Source: Candidatus Dormiibacterota bacterium
GTDB taxonomy: Bacteria; Chloroflexota; Dormibacteria; Dormibacterales; Dormibacteraceae
Direction: 5' to 3'
DNA length: 64,000 bases
NCBI GenBank assembly: GCA_036495195.1
Contig: DASXNH010000025.1
Span: forward strand, 17,524-81,523
Part shown: positions 1-10,184 of the stretch, in pieces
Numbering within the stretch: position 1 is the first letter of the stretch
Layout: each line of letters begins with the position of its first letter
Translations under genes and position numbers: made by a program
Notes under the pieces: generated by a model
The model's database searches: none
Told to the model about the DNA's origin: nothing
What the model saw: only the letters and a program-made list of their open reading frames with translations

Positions 1-1473
1 CGCGATCGCCACCTTCTTGGCTGCCAGGAAGCAGCCGCGCAGGAACATCGACCGGCTCATGTCGATCATCAGGACCGTCGAGGCCTGCGTCACGTGCTCG
101 GTGCGGTGGACGACGAAATCCTTCGCCTCCATCTTCACCGGCACCTTCGGCCCTTCCCTCACGATCGAGTTGAACAAGGTCTCTTTGAGGTCGAGAAGGA
201 ACGGGTCGCCGTACTCGTAGTCCTTGAGCTCGTCAGACGCGTCGTTGCCAAGGCCGCCGCGCCACAGCTGGTGCTGGCCCATGCGCGACTTCTTGAGCTG
301 GTCGAAGATGTCGCGCAGCGCCGATTGGCCGATGCGGCGCATGCCACGCGGCGTGAGCTCCATGCGGCGGCCCTTCTTCTCCACGTAGCCCGCCTTCTCG
401 AGGACATCCGTGAGCTTGCGCAGCTGGTCGATGGCTTGCCGGGCCTCGTCTCCAAGCAGCTGCTGCGCCAGCGAACGGTCCACATCGTCCGGCCGGAAGC
501 TGCCGCGCTCCAGCTGCGATTCGAGCCGATCCATCTGCTGGAGCCGCTCCATGAGACCCATCGCCTCACCCATCGAGAGGGGGTCTTCGCCAAAGAACGG
601 ATACCGCTCGGACAGCTCTGAGGGCGGCATCATCGCCTGCATGAACCCGGAGAGCCTGGCCAGCTCGAGGCGCAGCGAGTCGTCCTGGAGCAGTGCGTCC
701 ATCATCTGGCGCAGCTCCGCGCGGGCTTCGGGGCTCATGCTCTGGAGCAGGGACTGCATCTGGGCCATCTGCCGCTGCAGATGCTCGAGCAGCTCGTCGA
801 GGCTGTTGATTCCGGGCGGAAACATGTCGCCGTAGCGTTCCATGAACCCGTTGAAGTCCGGAGTCCGTCCCTCCATGCGCTGCTCGAGCATCTTGTTCAG
901 CTCGCGCACCATGTCCCGCACCCGGGACAGGTCCTGTCCCTTCATCTGCTCGATCGACCCCTTCATGCCCTGGAACATCTGGTCGACCATTTGCTTCTGC
1001 AGGCCCTGCATGAGGTCCTCGAACTTCTGACGCGCCTCGTCGTCGACGAACTCGTAATCGCGCAAGCCCTTGACCTGGCCGCCAAGGTCGTCCGGCAAGC
1101 GATCCAGCTGCTCGTTGCGCTGCCGCGCGATTCTCCCCATCAGCTTCTTCGCGTCGGCCGTCTCCGACTCGTTGACGCGGCGCTCGATTCCCTTCTTCTC
1201 GGTGTCGATCACCTCCTGGACCTTTTCCCGCAGCTGCTCCACCGTCGAGTCGAGGTTGTAGCGACTCAGCTCGCGCTCGCGCGCCTCCCGCAGCTGCTTG
1301 AGCAGCTGCTCGAGCCCAGGCATGTTCGGCGATCCCCATCGAAGCAACCGCTGAAGAGCGGCGTTCAGGTCGCCGTAGTTCATCAGGTCATCCGAGAGCG
1401 CATCGAGCACGTCCCCGGCGTCTAGGTCTTCCAGCCGTTGCGTGCCATCCCAACGCGAGTACCGGAACTTCAC
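1..1473 (-). CDS. VWA domain-containing protein (CoxE-like), C-terminus runs off the window
   Basis: Not in the ORF track because no stop lies in the window. My minus-strand translation starts GTG-KFRYSRWDGTQRLEDLDAGDVLDALSDDLM and ends DFVVHRTEHVTQASTVLMIDMSRSMFLRGCFLAAKKVAIA, a VWA MIDAS-type 'DxSxS' context. The GTG start overlaps the amidase stop as GTGA. Confidence 0.8.
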   Translation of the reverse strand, partial: MKFRYSRWDGTQRLEDLDAGDVLDALSDDLMNYGDLNAALQRLLRWGSPNMPGLEQLLKQLREARERELSRYNLDSTVEQLREKVQEVIDTEKKGIERRVNESETADAKKLMGRIARQRNEQLDRLPDDLGGQVKGLRDYEFVDDEARQKFEDLMQGLQKQMVDQMFQGMKGSIEQMKGQDLSRVRDMVRELNKMLEQRMEGRTPDFNGFMERYGDMFPPGINSLDELLEHLQRQMAQMQSLLQSMSPEARAELRQMMDALLQDDSLRLELARLSGFMQAMMPPSELSERYPFFGEDPLSMGEAMGLMERLQQMDRLESQLERGSFRPDDVDRSLAQQLLGDEARQAIDQLRKLTDVLEKAGYVEKKGRRMELTPRGMRRIGQSALRDIFDQLKKSRMGQHQLWRGGLGNDASDELKDYEYGDPFLLDLKETLFNSIVREGPKVPVKMEAKDFVVHRTEHVTQASTVLMIDMSRSMFLRGCFLAAKKVAIA

Positions 1474-2783
1474 GGGATCACGCTAGCAGGCCTCCATCCT
1501 CCCAGCGATTTCTCAATGGCCTTGGCCGCGCTCAGCGCAATGTCGTCGCACCAGTTGCGGGCCACCAGCTGCACCCCGATTGGCAAACCTTCGGGTGAGG
1601 TGCCGGCGCGCACGACAACACAGGGATTGCCTCCAAGGCTGTAGGGGATCGTGTAGCTGAACTGATTCTCGAGCCTCGACTTGGCCCCGTATTCAGGCGC
1701 CGGTCCGGCAGCCACCGGGCTGAGGATCAGGTCATATTCCGCCATGAAGCCGAGCAGGCTGCTCCGGAAACCATCCCAGCGGAGGAACAGCCGCTCCGTC
1801 GCGATGCGCTTGCGGCCCCAATAGCCCAGCGTCACCTCCCGCGCCTCGTCGAGGCCTGGTGGCCGTGCCTGCGTGACCTTGCAGCCGGCCTTCTGGAGAG
1901 CCGCCGACGCGGCCTTGACGGCAGCTGCGGTCGCCCTGGTCGGCTTGGTGATGCCGTCGTCGGCATACCAGGCAACCTTCAAGCCCTTGAGGGTGCCGAG
2001 GCGCTTGGCCAAGGGCATCGGGATGACGCCCGAGTCGATGCCATCGGGCCCCGCGAGGATGGGCAGGAGAAGCCACAGGTCGTCGACGAAGCGCGCCATC
2101 GGCCCCACCTGGCTGCGTGGGTCGGTCAGCCCGCCGACCAGCTCGTAGCCGCCGGTGCTCGGAACGCGACCGGCGGTGGGCTTGAGGGCGGCGATCCCAC
2201 AGAAGTGCGCCGGCAGGCGAATGCTGCCTCCGGAGTCGCTTCCAATGCCGATTGGGGATCCTCCCGCGGCGATGATCGCCGCCTCTCCGCTGCTGCTGCC
2301 GCCTGGCGACCGTTGGAGGTTGTACGGGTTTCGTGTGCCACCGTGCATCGAGTTCGCGCTGTCGTCGCCGATGCCGCCCGGCGGGCAGTTGGTCTTGCCG
2401 ATCATGATCGCGCCGGCAGCCCGCATTCGCGCCACCACCGTGGCGTCAGTTGCCGGCACGTTGTCCGCGAGCTTTTGCAGCCCGGCTGTGGTCACGACGC
2501 CGGCGGTGTCGAAGATGTCCTTGACCGTGAATGGAACTCCGTGGAGGGGCCCCAGCTTGGCGTTGCGGGCGGAGAGGTGGCGGTCGGCGGCCCGAGCCTG
2601 GATGAGCGCCTTGTGGCCCTCGGTGCGCACGACAGCGTTGAGGTGCGGGTTCAGCGCACCGATCTGCTCAATGTGAGCGCTGACGATCTCCTCCGATGAG
2701 ATGCGACCTGATCTGATGGCCTTCGCCATCCATGTGGCGGAGGCCCCGATTACGTTTCTTCGACGCTTGCGTCTCTTGGCCAC
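1470..2783 (-). CDS. amidase (amidase-signature family, GatA-like)
   Basis: 437-aa ORF with the amidase signature GGSSSGEAAIIAAGGSPIGIGSDSGGSIRLPA. The N-terminus AKAIRSGRISSEEIV is typical of the family. The GTG start abuts the stop of the upstream gene. Confidence 0.9.
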   Translation of the reverse strand: MAKRRKRRRNVIGASATWMAKAIRSGRISSEEIVSAHIEQIGALNPHLNAVVRTEGHKALIQARAADRHLSARNAKLGPLHGVPFTVKDIFDTAGVVTTAGLQKLADNVPATDATVVARMRAAGAIMIGKTNCPPGGIGDDSANSMHGGTRNPYNLQRSPGGSSSGEAAIIAAGGSPIGIGSDSGGSIRLPAHFCGIAALKPTAGRVPSTGGYELVGGLTDPRSQVGPMARFVDDLWLLLPILAGPDGIDSGVIPMPLAKRLGTLKGLKVAWYADDGITKPTRATAAAVKAASAALQKAGCKVTQARPPGLDEAREVTLGYWGRKRIATERLFLRWDGFRSSLLGFMAEYDLILSPVAAGPAPEYGAKSRLENQFSYTIPYSLGGNPCVVVRAGTSPEGLPIGVQLVARNWCDDIALSAAKAIEKSLGGWRPASVIP

Positions 2784-3493
2784 TAAATGATGTCGCCGGG
2801 CTTGATGTCGAGTACCTGCACCCCCGAGCCGACGAGCTCCTGCAGGGCGCTCGGCCTGCCGACCAGCGGCGGGAAGGTGCCAAAGTGCATCGGCACGACC
2901 GTCTTGACCCCGAGCAGCGCCACGGCCCTGGCCGCACGCCTGGGACCCATCGTGTAGAAATCGCCGATGGGTAGAAAAGCCACATCGAACTTGGCCAGCT
3001 CAGCGATGAGAGCCATGTCGCCAAAGACGTCGGTGTCCCCGGCGAAGTAAACGGTGAACCCATTCTCGAACTCGATCACCAGGCCGTGAGCGTTGCCGCC
3101 GTAGACGATGTGGTCGCCGTCGGTGATGCCGCATGAGTGCTCGGCGTGAACCAGAGTCACCTTGATGCCGTCGACGTCGATGGTGCCGCCGGTGTTGCCT
3201 CCGATCAAGGTGGACGGGTCAACACCCTTCGAGCCCAGCCAGCTCGTGATCTCGAAGTTGCTGACGATCTTTGGCTTGTGGGCTTTGGCGATCTCCAGCG
3301 CGTCGTACACGTGGTCGAAATGACCGTGGGTGATGAGCATCAGGTCGCACTTCTCGACGGTTTTGAGATTGTCGGGGGCGACCGGATTGTTCATGACCCA
3401 CGGGTCGATGAGGATCTCCTTCCATTTGGCGCTCCGGACCTTCCAGGTCCCGTGGCCGACCCACGTGAAGCTCACCTCAGCGTTCAGCGGCAT
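2783..3493 (-). CDS. metal-dependent hydrolase, beta-lactamase fold (UPF0173-like)
   Basis: 236-aa ORF with the HGHFDH metal-binding motif. Length and layout fit small MBL-fold hydrolases. Confidence 0.85.
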   Translation of the reverse strand: MPLNAEVSFTWVGHGTWKVRSAKWKEILIDPWVMNNPVAPDNLKTVEKCDLMLITHGHFDHVYDALEIAKAHKPKIVSNFEITSWLGSKGVDPSTLIGGNTGGTIDVDGIKVTLVHAEHSCGITDGDHIVYGGNAHGLVIEFENGFTVYFAGDTDVFGDMALIAELAKFDVAFLPIGDFYTMGPRRAARAVALLGVKTVVPMHFGTFPPLVGRPSALQELVGSGVQVLDIKPGDII

Positions 3494-3507
3494 GCGTTTC
3501 CTCCCTA

Positions 3508-4764
3508 CTACTCAGAACGCGAGGTCGATGAGACCCCAGAACGGAAAAGGCGATTCTCCCATAGCGCCAACACGAAGACCCCGATTGCGGCGACGGTCCA
3601 CAGGTTCGGAAAGATCAGGTCGCACGGCTGGCGGAAGAAGCCAAGCAGGCAAACTCCCAGCCAGCCGAGGGTCGGCCACCGTCGCCTCTCGATCGCGCGC
3701 ACGGCGACCAGCAGGACAACCGGCAGCAAGGGCAGCCACTGGTACGGCCACACCTCGTTCGGGATCAGCGCCCCAAGCGCGAAACCAAGGGCCATGCCGT
3801 ATGCGGGGTTCCAGCCGCTGCGCCATGCCGCCCATGCCGCCCCCCCGGCAAACAACACCGCGCTCGCATAAGACAGGACGAGGGCGAGCGAAGCCAGGTG
3901 CAGGGGCGACTCCACCAGCGCATAGCCATTGCCGCTTGGCACCAGGAACGGCTCGCCGCCGATGGTGCGGGCGAACAGCGTTCGCACGGAGTCGTATGCG
4001 CAGTCGGAGTTGTGGGAGGCCAGTGAGGGCAGAAGCACGTGCTGGAAATAGAAGATGGCGCCGCCGGCGCCCAGAGGCATGAAGCTCAGCGCGGTAACCA
4101 CCACGACCGCCACGCCAAGGGTCACTGCGTACCGGACGCGGTGCCCGGGCCGCGTGCCGATCACCATGGCGGCGGGGTAGTACTTCAGGGCGGAGACCAG
4201 GCCGGCGACGGCGCCCGCCAGCGCCGGCCGGCTTGACTCGAACCAGATCGAGGCCATCGCCCCCAGCAGGATCACGCCGCCACGCTGCCCGGCGCTGATG
4301 TCGGCAAACACGGGCGGAAAGTACGCGGCGATCAGCCAGAAGGCGGGCTGCGCCATCCGATTGGTGATCCCGAGTCGGCGATAAAGGACCAGGAGGCCGA
4401 CCACCAGAGCGACTGCGTCGATCGCCGTCCACACCTCGACGCCCACGCCGCGTGGCAACAGTGCGACAGGTATCGCGAGGACCGCGACCGGAGGCGGGCT
4501 AACGAAGGCGGCCAGGATGCCAGGTGGGGCGATGACGTGGGTTTGGGCGAGGTAAGCCGCCGCGGCGTCGTACAGGTGCGAGGGGTTGCTGAGGTAGGCG
4601 CGTCCGCCCTCCCACATGCCCTCCGCATCGGGGCGTCGCGGCACCAGGGCAGAGAGCACCAGCACGCGAAGCCAGAAGACGCCGGCGAGCGCCCAGTAGA
4701 GCGCCGGCCGCGACAGGACCTCGCCGGCGGCCTGTCTGAGGCGGCTCAGCACGGCGCCTACCAT
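3508..4764 (-). CDS. polytopic membrane protein, GT87/DUF2029-like glycosyltransferase
   Basis: Many hydrophobic segments and a PPVAVLAIPVALLP-type motif. I moved the start to ATG 4764 (MVGAVLSRL) because the longer ORF would overlap the divergent carboxyltransferase gene. Confidence 0.55.
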   Translation of the reverse strand: MVGAVLSRLRQAAGEVLSRPALYWALAGVFWLRVLVLSALVPRRPDAEGMWEGGRAYLSNPSHLYDAAAAYLAQTHVIAPPGILAAFVSPPPVAVLAIPVALLPRGVGVEVWTAIDAVALVVGLLVLYRRLGITNRMAQPAFWLIAAYFPPVFADISAGQRGGVILLGAMASIWFESSRPALAGAVAGLVSALKYYPAAMVIGTRPGHRVRYAVTLGVAVVVVTALSFMPLGAGGAIFYFQHVLLPSLASHNSDCAYDSVRTLFARTIGGEPFLVPSGNGYALVESPLHLASLALVLSYASAVLFAGGAAWAAWRSGWNPAYGMALGFALGALIPNEVWPYQWLPLLPVVLLVAVRAIERRRWPTLGWLGVCLLGFFRQPCDLIFPNLWTVAAIGVFVLALWENRLFRSGVSSTSRSE

Positions 4765-4825
4765 ATGCCGTATGGCCGCCCGCAGACCGAAAAGCCTCAC
4801 ACCTGTCCGGCGTACGACGCCCGCG

Positions 4826-6409
4826 ATGGAGAACGTCGAAGCGCCGGAGCGCGTCGCGACCACCGTCTCCGAGCAGAAGATCAACCAGTACCGCAAGCGG
4901 CGGTATCAAGCCCTGCACTCGGACACCGCCGCGGCAAACAAGCGGCGAGCGACCGGCAAGGCGACCGCCCGCGAGCGCGTCGAGCTGCTCCTGGACGAAG
5001 GCTCGTTCGTGGAGCTCGACGTCTTCGCGACCCATCGCGCGCAGGGCTTCGGCATGGAGGACAGGCGAATCGCCGGCGACGGCGTGGTTGCGGGCTTTGG
5101 CGAGATCGATCGCCGTCCCGTGGCCGTCTACGCGTACGACGCCACCGTCTACGGCGGCTCGCTGGGCGAGGTGACCGCGGAGAAGATAGTCAAGGTCCAG
5201 GAGCTCGCGCTGCGCAACCGGGTGCCCATCATCGGGATCAACGACTCCGGTGGTGCGCGCATCCAGGAAGGCGTGGTGGCGCTGGCCGGTTACGCCGACA
5301 TCTTCTATCGCAATGTGCGCTCGTCAGGCGTGATCCCGCAGATCAGCGTGATCGCCGGCCCGTGCACAGGCGGCGCCGTCTACTCCCCCGCCATCACCGA
5401 CTTCATCTTCATCGTCGCCGGCCAGGGGTACATGTTCATCACGGGCCCAGAGGTGATCCGCGTCGTCACGGGCGAGAACGTGTCCTTCGATGAGCTCGGC
5501 GGCGGGGACGTCCACAACGCGACCTCGGGTGTCGCACATTTCCTGCCGAAAACCGAGGCCGCATGTGCGGCGGGTGTCCGGAAGCTGCTCTCGTACCTGC
5601 CGTCGAGCAACGGCGAGCGCCCGCCGTACCTGCCGACCACCGACGACCCCGAGCGGGCGGACCCAGAGCTTCAGACCATCGTCCCGGAAGCTCCGAACAT
5701 GCCTTACGACATGCGACACGTCGTCAGCCGTGTGCTCGACGACCGCGAGTTTTTCGAGATCCAGCCCTTCTTCGCACAGAACATCGTCGTCGGGCTCGGA
5801 CGCCTCGGCGGCCATGTCGTCGGCATCGTGGGCAACCAACCAAAGGTGCTCGCCGGCGCCATCGACATCAACGCCTCGGTCAAGGCGGCCCGTTTTATTC
5901 GCTTCTGCGACGCCTTCGGCATTCCGATCATCTCCTTCGTCGATGTGCCCGGCTACCTGCCCGGACGCGACCAGGAGCACGGCGGGATCATCCGCCACGG
6001 CGCCAAGCTCCTCTACGCCTATGCGGAGGCGACGGTGCCGAAGCTGACTGTGATCACGCGGAAGGACTACGGCGGAGCCTACTGCGTAATGTCGCCGAAG
6101 CAGATGGGTGCCGATCTGAACCTGGCGTGGCCGACCGCCGAAATCGCGGTGATGGGCCCTGAAGCGGCGGTGAACATCATCTACAAGCGAGACCTCGCGG
6201 CGGCACCCGACCCCGGCGGCAGGCGCAAGGAGCTCGTCGCCGAGTACACCGCGCGATTTGCCAACCCTTACGTTGCGGCCGAGCGTGGATACATCGACGA
6301 CGTCATCGAACCGCGCGAGACGAGACGCGAGCTGTTGCGAGGGCTCGAGCTCTGCCTGCGCAAGACGGTTGAACGCCCGCCCAGGAAGCACGGGAACATT
6401 CCGCTCTAG
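4826..6409 (+). CDS. pccB: acyl-CoA carboxylase carboxyltransferase (beta) subunit, propionyl-CoA carboxylase type
   Basis: Strong family resemblance: TARERVELLLDEGSFVELD, INDSGGARIQEG, GPCTGGAVYSPA, RKDYGGAYCVM. Start taken at the internal ATG 4826 (MENVEAPER). Confidence 0.92.
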   Translation: MENVEAPERVATTVSEQKINQYRKRRYQALHSDTAAANKRRATGKATARERVELLLDEGSFVELDVFATHRAQGFGMEDRRIAGDGVVAGFGEIDRRPVAVYAYDATVYGGSLGEVTAEKIVKVQELALRNRVPIIGINDSGGARIQEGVVALAGYADIFYRNVRSSGVIPQISVIAGPCTGGAVYSPAITDFIFIVAGQGYMFITGPEVIRVVTGENVSFDELGGGDVHNATSGVAHFLPKTEAACAAGVRKLLSYLPSSNGERPPYLPTTDDPERADPELQTIVPEAPNMPYDMRHVVSRVLDDREFFEIQPFFAQNIVVGLGRLGGHVVGIVGNQPKVLAGAIDINASVKAARFIRFCDAFGIPIISFVDVPGYLPGRDQEHGGIIRHGAKLLYAYAEATVPKLTVITRKDYGGAYCVMSPKQMGADLNLAWPTAEIAVMGPEAAVNIIYKRDLAAAPDPGGRRKELVAEYTARFANPYVAAERGYIDDVIEPRETRRELLRGLELCLRKTVERPPRKHGNIPL

Positions 6410-8421
6410 GCCGGTTTCGCAGGCATCGGTGGCACGGTCGACAAGGCCGAGCGTCTGACACGCTCCGATCGACGGCAGAATTCGTCGACAGTGGCGACCA
6501 GCTCCGCCGCCGACCACGTCAGTGGTGAGACCGACAGCGGGGCGCCTGTGTTCGGGTCGAGCTGCTCGGACAGCAATCCGCCAGGCAGCTGGTGGGCCAC
6601 CACCCAGTTGATGATCTCGCGCGCCGACTTCAGGTCGTGTGCCGTCTTGGCGATGGCGATGTACCACTGGGCCATCCACAGCGTGCAGATGAACCAGGGG
6701 TTGCCGGGCACCTTGTGGGTATCGGGGTCGACCTTGAAGTAGTAGTCGTCCCGGTAGCGGGCGAAGCCGCCGGCCGGCCCGTGATTGCCAAGCTCCTCGT
6801 TGATGGCTTTCATCGTCTGTACGATGCGAGGCTCGTCAGCCGCGTACATGCCGAACCGCCAGAGCCCGTGGATCGCGCTGTCGTTGACCATGTCCAGGGT
6901 CATCGTGCCGTCCTCCTCGACCGCCACCCTGCGCACGAAGCGCCCGAGGTCGGGGCTGTACAGGCAGGCGTCGGTGGCCTCCCGCAGCCGCTTGGTCGCC
7001 TCCCGGTAGCGCTCGACGTTCCCGACGTCGCCGAACAGCTCGGCAAAGCTACGAGCCGCATCGAGCCCACCCCAGACAGCGCCAACGGTGAAGGCGTGCA
7101 CGCCCCAGCGCTCCTCCCAGAGATCCCATGACGGTTTGACGAGGCCCGTCCTCTCATCGACATAAGAGACCATCCAGTCCGCGGCGGGCACCACCAGCGT
7201 GGTGTACAGCCCGACGATGAAATCGAGGTTGCGGTGGATCCTATAGTGCTGCCACAGCGCCCAGATCACCAGGCCCGTCTCATCCTCCTGGATGGGCAGG
7301 GTGATGTTGCCGTCGCGGTCGACCCACGGCAGCCAGGAGCTGCCCGGTAGCCCGTAGGCCGTGTACTTGTGAAGGAAGAACCCCTCTTCCACCAGGCATT
7401 GCTGGCAGTACGTGAAGAAGTTGCGGGTGACGTCCTCGTGCCCTGCCCGATCGAGGGCATTCGCGACAAGGGCCCCGTCTCTCGGCCATGCGTACGCGTA
7501 CGTATCGCGCGCGAACTTGGTGATGTCGAAATCGGTGGCCGCGATGATCGCGCCGTGATTGTCGACGTGGGTCCGAGCCGTCAGGATCGAACGGCGGTAC
7601 AGCTTCGTAACGTCGCTGCCCAGCTCCTCGTCGATGTGCCGGTGATCCTTCTCAGACCAGACCTGCCAGTAGGTGAGAGTGCGCCCCAGGTAGGTGTCCG
7701 GCCCTTTGCCGATGATCAGCTCCTGGCCGTACACGGTCACCTCGCTGAGGCGGGCGCCCATGCAGACCCAATGCGTGACCGTGCAGGGGCCGCCGCGCGC
7801 CACGGGTATGAGGTTGAATCCGACCGTGCAATCGACGGAGCCCTGCTCGATCGGGTTTTTTCCCAGATCCCCGTCCTGGGCATCAACCCACGTCCCGGCG
7901 AGGCTGCCACCTTTCTTACCGTTGGCCCACGTGTCGATTCCGAAACCGGGACCGGCATCGCCGCCGACCAGGAAGTAGCGATTCGCCTTGTAGGCGATGA
8001 CCGCTTTGTGTCGTGGGTCATAGGCGACCGTGTTACCGAGGTCTGAGCCCTCGATATACCAGTCGTAGTGGAAGAAGACACGACCGGTGGTGAAGCCCGT
8101 CTCGCTGGTCACCTCGATGTTGCGGATGAACCAGTTGCGCGCGAGGTCGACGAAGTCCTCGAACTTGACCGTGATCCCCAGGCGAGAGTTCTTCAGGGTG
8201 ACCGCGGTGACAAGCGAATCCTCCGCGTAACCGAGCTTACGCTCCCAGCCCGAGTCTTCGACCCAGGCGAACTTGCCGTCGATGAAGAAGCCGGTCCGGC
8301 AGACGTTGCCCATGGTCTGGTTGGCGTCGCCGACGCGAGGAAAGTAGATGTCGCGAACCGAGTAGTTGGCGTCGAAGCCCACGAGCACGTTGCCATTTCC
8401 CACGACCAGGCTTCTAGGCAC
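6406..8421 (-). CDS. glycoside hydrolase family 15 (glucoamylase/trehalase-like)
   Basis: 671-aa ORF. The N-terminus VGNGNVLVGFDANYSVRDIYFP and the (alpha/alpha)6-type C-terminal half with WEERWG are typical of bacterial GH15. Confidence 0.9.
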   Translation of the reverse strand: MPRSLVVGNGNVLVGFDANYSVRDIYFPRVGDANQTMGNVCRTGFFIDGKFAWVEDSGWERKLGYAEDSLVTAVTLKNSRLGITVKFEDFVDLARNWFIRNIEVTSETGFTTGRVFFHYDWYIEGSDLGNTVAYDPRHKAVIAYKANRYFLVGGDAGPGFGIDTWANGKKGGSLAGTWVDAQDGDLGKNPIEQGSVDCTVGFNLIPVARGGPCTVTHWVCMGARLSEVTVYGQELIIGKGPDTYLGRTLTYWQVWSEKDHRHIDEELGSDVTKLYRRSILTARTHVDNHGAIIAATDFDITKFARDTYAYAWPRDGALVANALDRAGHEDVTRNFFTYCQQCLVEEGFFLHKYTAYGLPGSSWLPWVDRDGNITLPIQEDETGLVIWALWQHYRIHRNLDFIVGLYTTLVVPAADWMVSYVDERTGLVKPSWDLWEERWGVHAFTVGAVWGGLDAARSFAELFGDVGNVERYREATKRLREATDACLYSPDLGRFVRRVAVEEDGTMTLDMVNDSAIHGLWRFGMYAADEPRIVQTMKAINEELGNHGPAGGFARYRDDYYFKVDPDTHKVPGNPWFICTLWMAQWYIAIAKTAHDLKSAREIINWVVAHQLPGGLLSEQLDPNTGAPLSVSPLTWSAAELVATVDEFCRRSERVRRSALSTVPPMPAKPA

Positions 8422-8574
8422 GCTTTGTGCGCATCCTACTCGGGGCCCCCGGGCCTTTCCTGCTCGGGATCACCAAACCTCGGCCTGGCGCGCCCTTAAC
8501 AGGCACGGCCCCCAGCCTGCGCCGGGCCCCTTACAATCGCCGAAACGTCACAGCAATAAACGGAGCACAACGTC

Positions 8575-9096
8575 TTGGCAACCGACCCCCAACAGTTCGC
8601 ACCACCAATTCGGATCGTGGCCAGCCGCCGCCGGCGGCGCACGGTTGCCGCCCGCCTCCGGTCTGGCGTCCTCGAGCTCCTCGTGCCCGATTGGATGCCG
8701 CACGTCGAGCGCGAGAGGTGGGCCGAAGAGATGCGCCTCCGTCTCGCCAAGCGAATGCAGCGCACCCAGCCCTCCGACGCGAGGCTTGCGACCCGCGCCC
8801 ACACCCTCAACGAGCGTCATTTCGCGGGCCGCTTGCGTTGGTCCTCGGTTGCGTTTGCCGATATGTCCCACCTGTGGGGAAGCTGCACCTTCACCACCGG
8901 GGCGATCAGGATCGCTGCACGCGCAGCCTCCCTGCCCGACTGGGTGATCGATTATCTGCTGGTGCACGAGATGGCTCACCTGGAGCACAGTGACCACGGC
9001 GCCGGCTTCCACGAGCTGGAGAACCGGTATCCGCTGACCGAACGAGCGCGGGGCTACCTGATGGCCATCGACCAGGGGGCGGTGAAAGCTCTCTAA
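8575..9096 (+). CDS. YgjP/DUF45-like zinc metallohydrolase
   Basis: 173-aa ORF with LLVHEMAHLEH (HExxH). TTG start with ACGGAG about 9 nt upstream. Confidence 0.8.
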   Translation: MATDPQQFAPPIRIVASRRRRRTVAARLRSGVLELLVPDWMPHVERERWAEEMRLRLAKRMQRTQPSDARLATRAHTLNERHFAGRLRWSSVAFADMSHLWGSCTFTTGAIRIAARAASLPDWVIDYLLVHEMAHLEHSDHGAGFHELENRYPLTERARGYLMAIDQGAVKAL

Positions 9097-10130
9097 GGAG
9101 TGAGAACGATCTTGGTCGCTTCGCGTGCGTCGAATATCCGGTAGGCCTCCTCAGCGTCGTCTAGCTTCATGCGGTGGCTGATGATCGATTCCGGCTGGAG
9201 CCGTCCCGCGGCGATCAGGTCCAGCAGCGGACGCATGTAAGCCTGGACATTGCACCAGCCGGCGCGAAAGCTGAGGGACTTCATCCACATCGTCATGTAT
9301 GGAAAGTCCCCAAGCACCACGCTGGGAACGCCGACCATCGAAATCGTGCCTCCGCCGCGGACGCTCTGGATGGCGGTGTCGACGGCCGAAAGCAAGCCGA
9401 CACACTCGATGCTGGCGTCGGCGCCGATGCCTCCCGTGTAGCCCTGGATCGCCTCCACGGGATGGACGTGCGAAGAATTGATCGGTATGCCGCCGAGACC
9501 CTGGGCCATCTCCAGCCTCGAATCCACCATGTCGACGACGAAGGTGCGTGACGGCCCGAAGAGCTGCGCGCACATCGTGGCCATGAGCCCGACGGGCCCG
9601 GCGCCGACGATCGCGACGACGTCGCCCGGCTTGATCTCAGCCCGCTCCGCTCCAAAAAAGCCTGTAGACAGGATGTCGCCGACGAAGATCGCCTGCTCGT
9701 CGGTCAGGGCATCAGGTATGGGTTCCATCGAATGGTCGGCGTTGGGCACGACCACGTACTCGGCCTGGCCGCCACCCAGGTCGCCGAAATACTCACCGTG
9801 TCCGAATGTTCCCTTCTCGACGCACTGGTTGAACCAACCCTTCCGGCATAGGGCACAGTGGCCGCAGGAGGTGAAGAAGCTGGCCACCACGCGGTCGCCG
9901 GCCTTGAACCGCTTGACCTCGCCGCCGACGTCCGCGATCACGCCCACAAACTCGTGGCCGAGGACAGCGCCCTGGTTGATGGGAGTGTGCCCGTGGAGGA
10001 TGTGGAGGTCAGAGCCGCAGACGGCGCCGAGGGTGACTTTGACGAGCGCGTCGCCCGCACCCTTGATCGTCGGCCTGGGGACGTCTGTGACCTTGACTTC
10101 GCCCTCGCCCTGAAAGGTGAGCGCCCTCAT
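9093..10130 (-). CDS. zinc-dependent alcohol dehydrogenase (MDR family)
   Basis: GAVCGSDLHILHG catalytic Zn motif, structural Zn cysteines CGHCALCRKGWFNQC, and the GAGPVGL Rossmann motif. Confidence 0.9.
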   Translation of the reverse strand: MRALTFQGEGEVKVTDVPRPTIKGAGDALVKVTLGAVCGSDLHILHGHTPINQGAVLGHEFVGVIADVGGEVKRFKAGDRVVASFFTSCGHCALCRKGWFNQCVEKGTFGHGEYFGDLGGGQAEYVVVPNADHSMEPIPDALTDEQAIFVGDILSTGFFGAERAEIKPGDVVAIVGAGPVGLMATMCAQLFGPSRTFVVDMVDSRLEMAQGLGGIPINSSHVHPVEAIQGYTGGIGADASIECVGLLSAVDTAIQSVRGGGTISMVGVPSVVLGDFPYMTMWMKSLSFRAGWCNVQAYMRPLLDLIAAGRLQPESIISHRMKLDDAEEAYRIFDAREATKIVLTP

Positions 10131-10184
10131 AGGCGGATAGATTACGGCCGAACCTGATCTCGCCCCACACCTAAGCTACGGACA

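Noticed and set aside
566-1425. Long ORFs 566..1339 (-) and 781..1425 (+) in the six-frame track
   Set aside because: Their translations are Arg/Ala/Gly- or Leu/His/Val-rich and look non-protein-like. A third frame on the minus strand gives a clean VWA-domain protein across the whole region. They are alternate-frame or antisense artefacts of GC-rich DNA.
6406-6409. Convergent genes sharing overlapping stop codons (CTAG at 6406-6409; TTAG at 14261-14264)
   Set aside because: This is a simple consequence of a compact genome and palindromic stop contexts. There is no additional structure around them.
9299-9312. GGAAAGTCC string reminiscent of the RNase P RNA conserved core
   Set aside because: It lies inside the alcohol dehydrogenase coding region and lacks the flanking GAGGAAAGUCCGGGC context and the surrounding helices.
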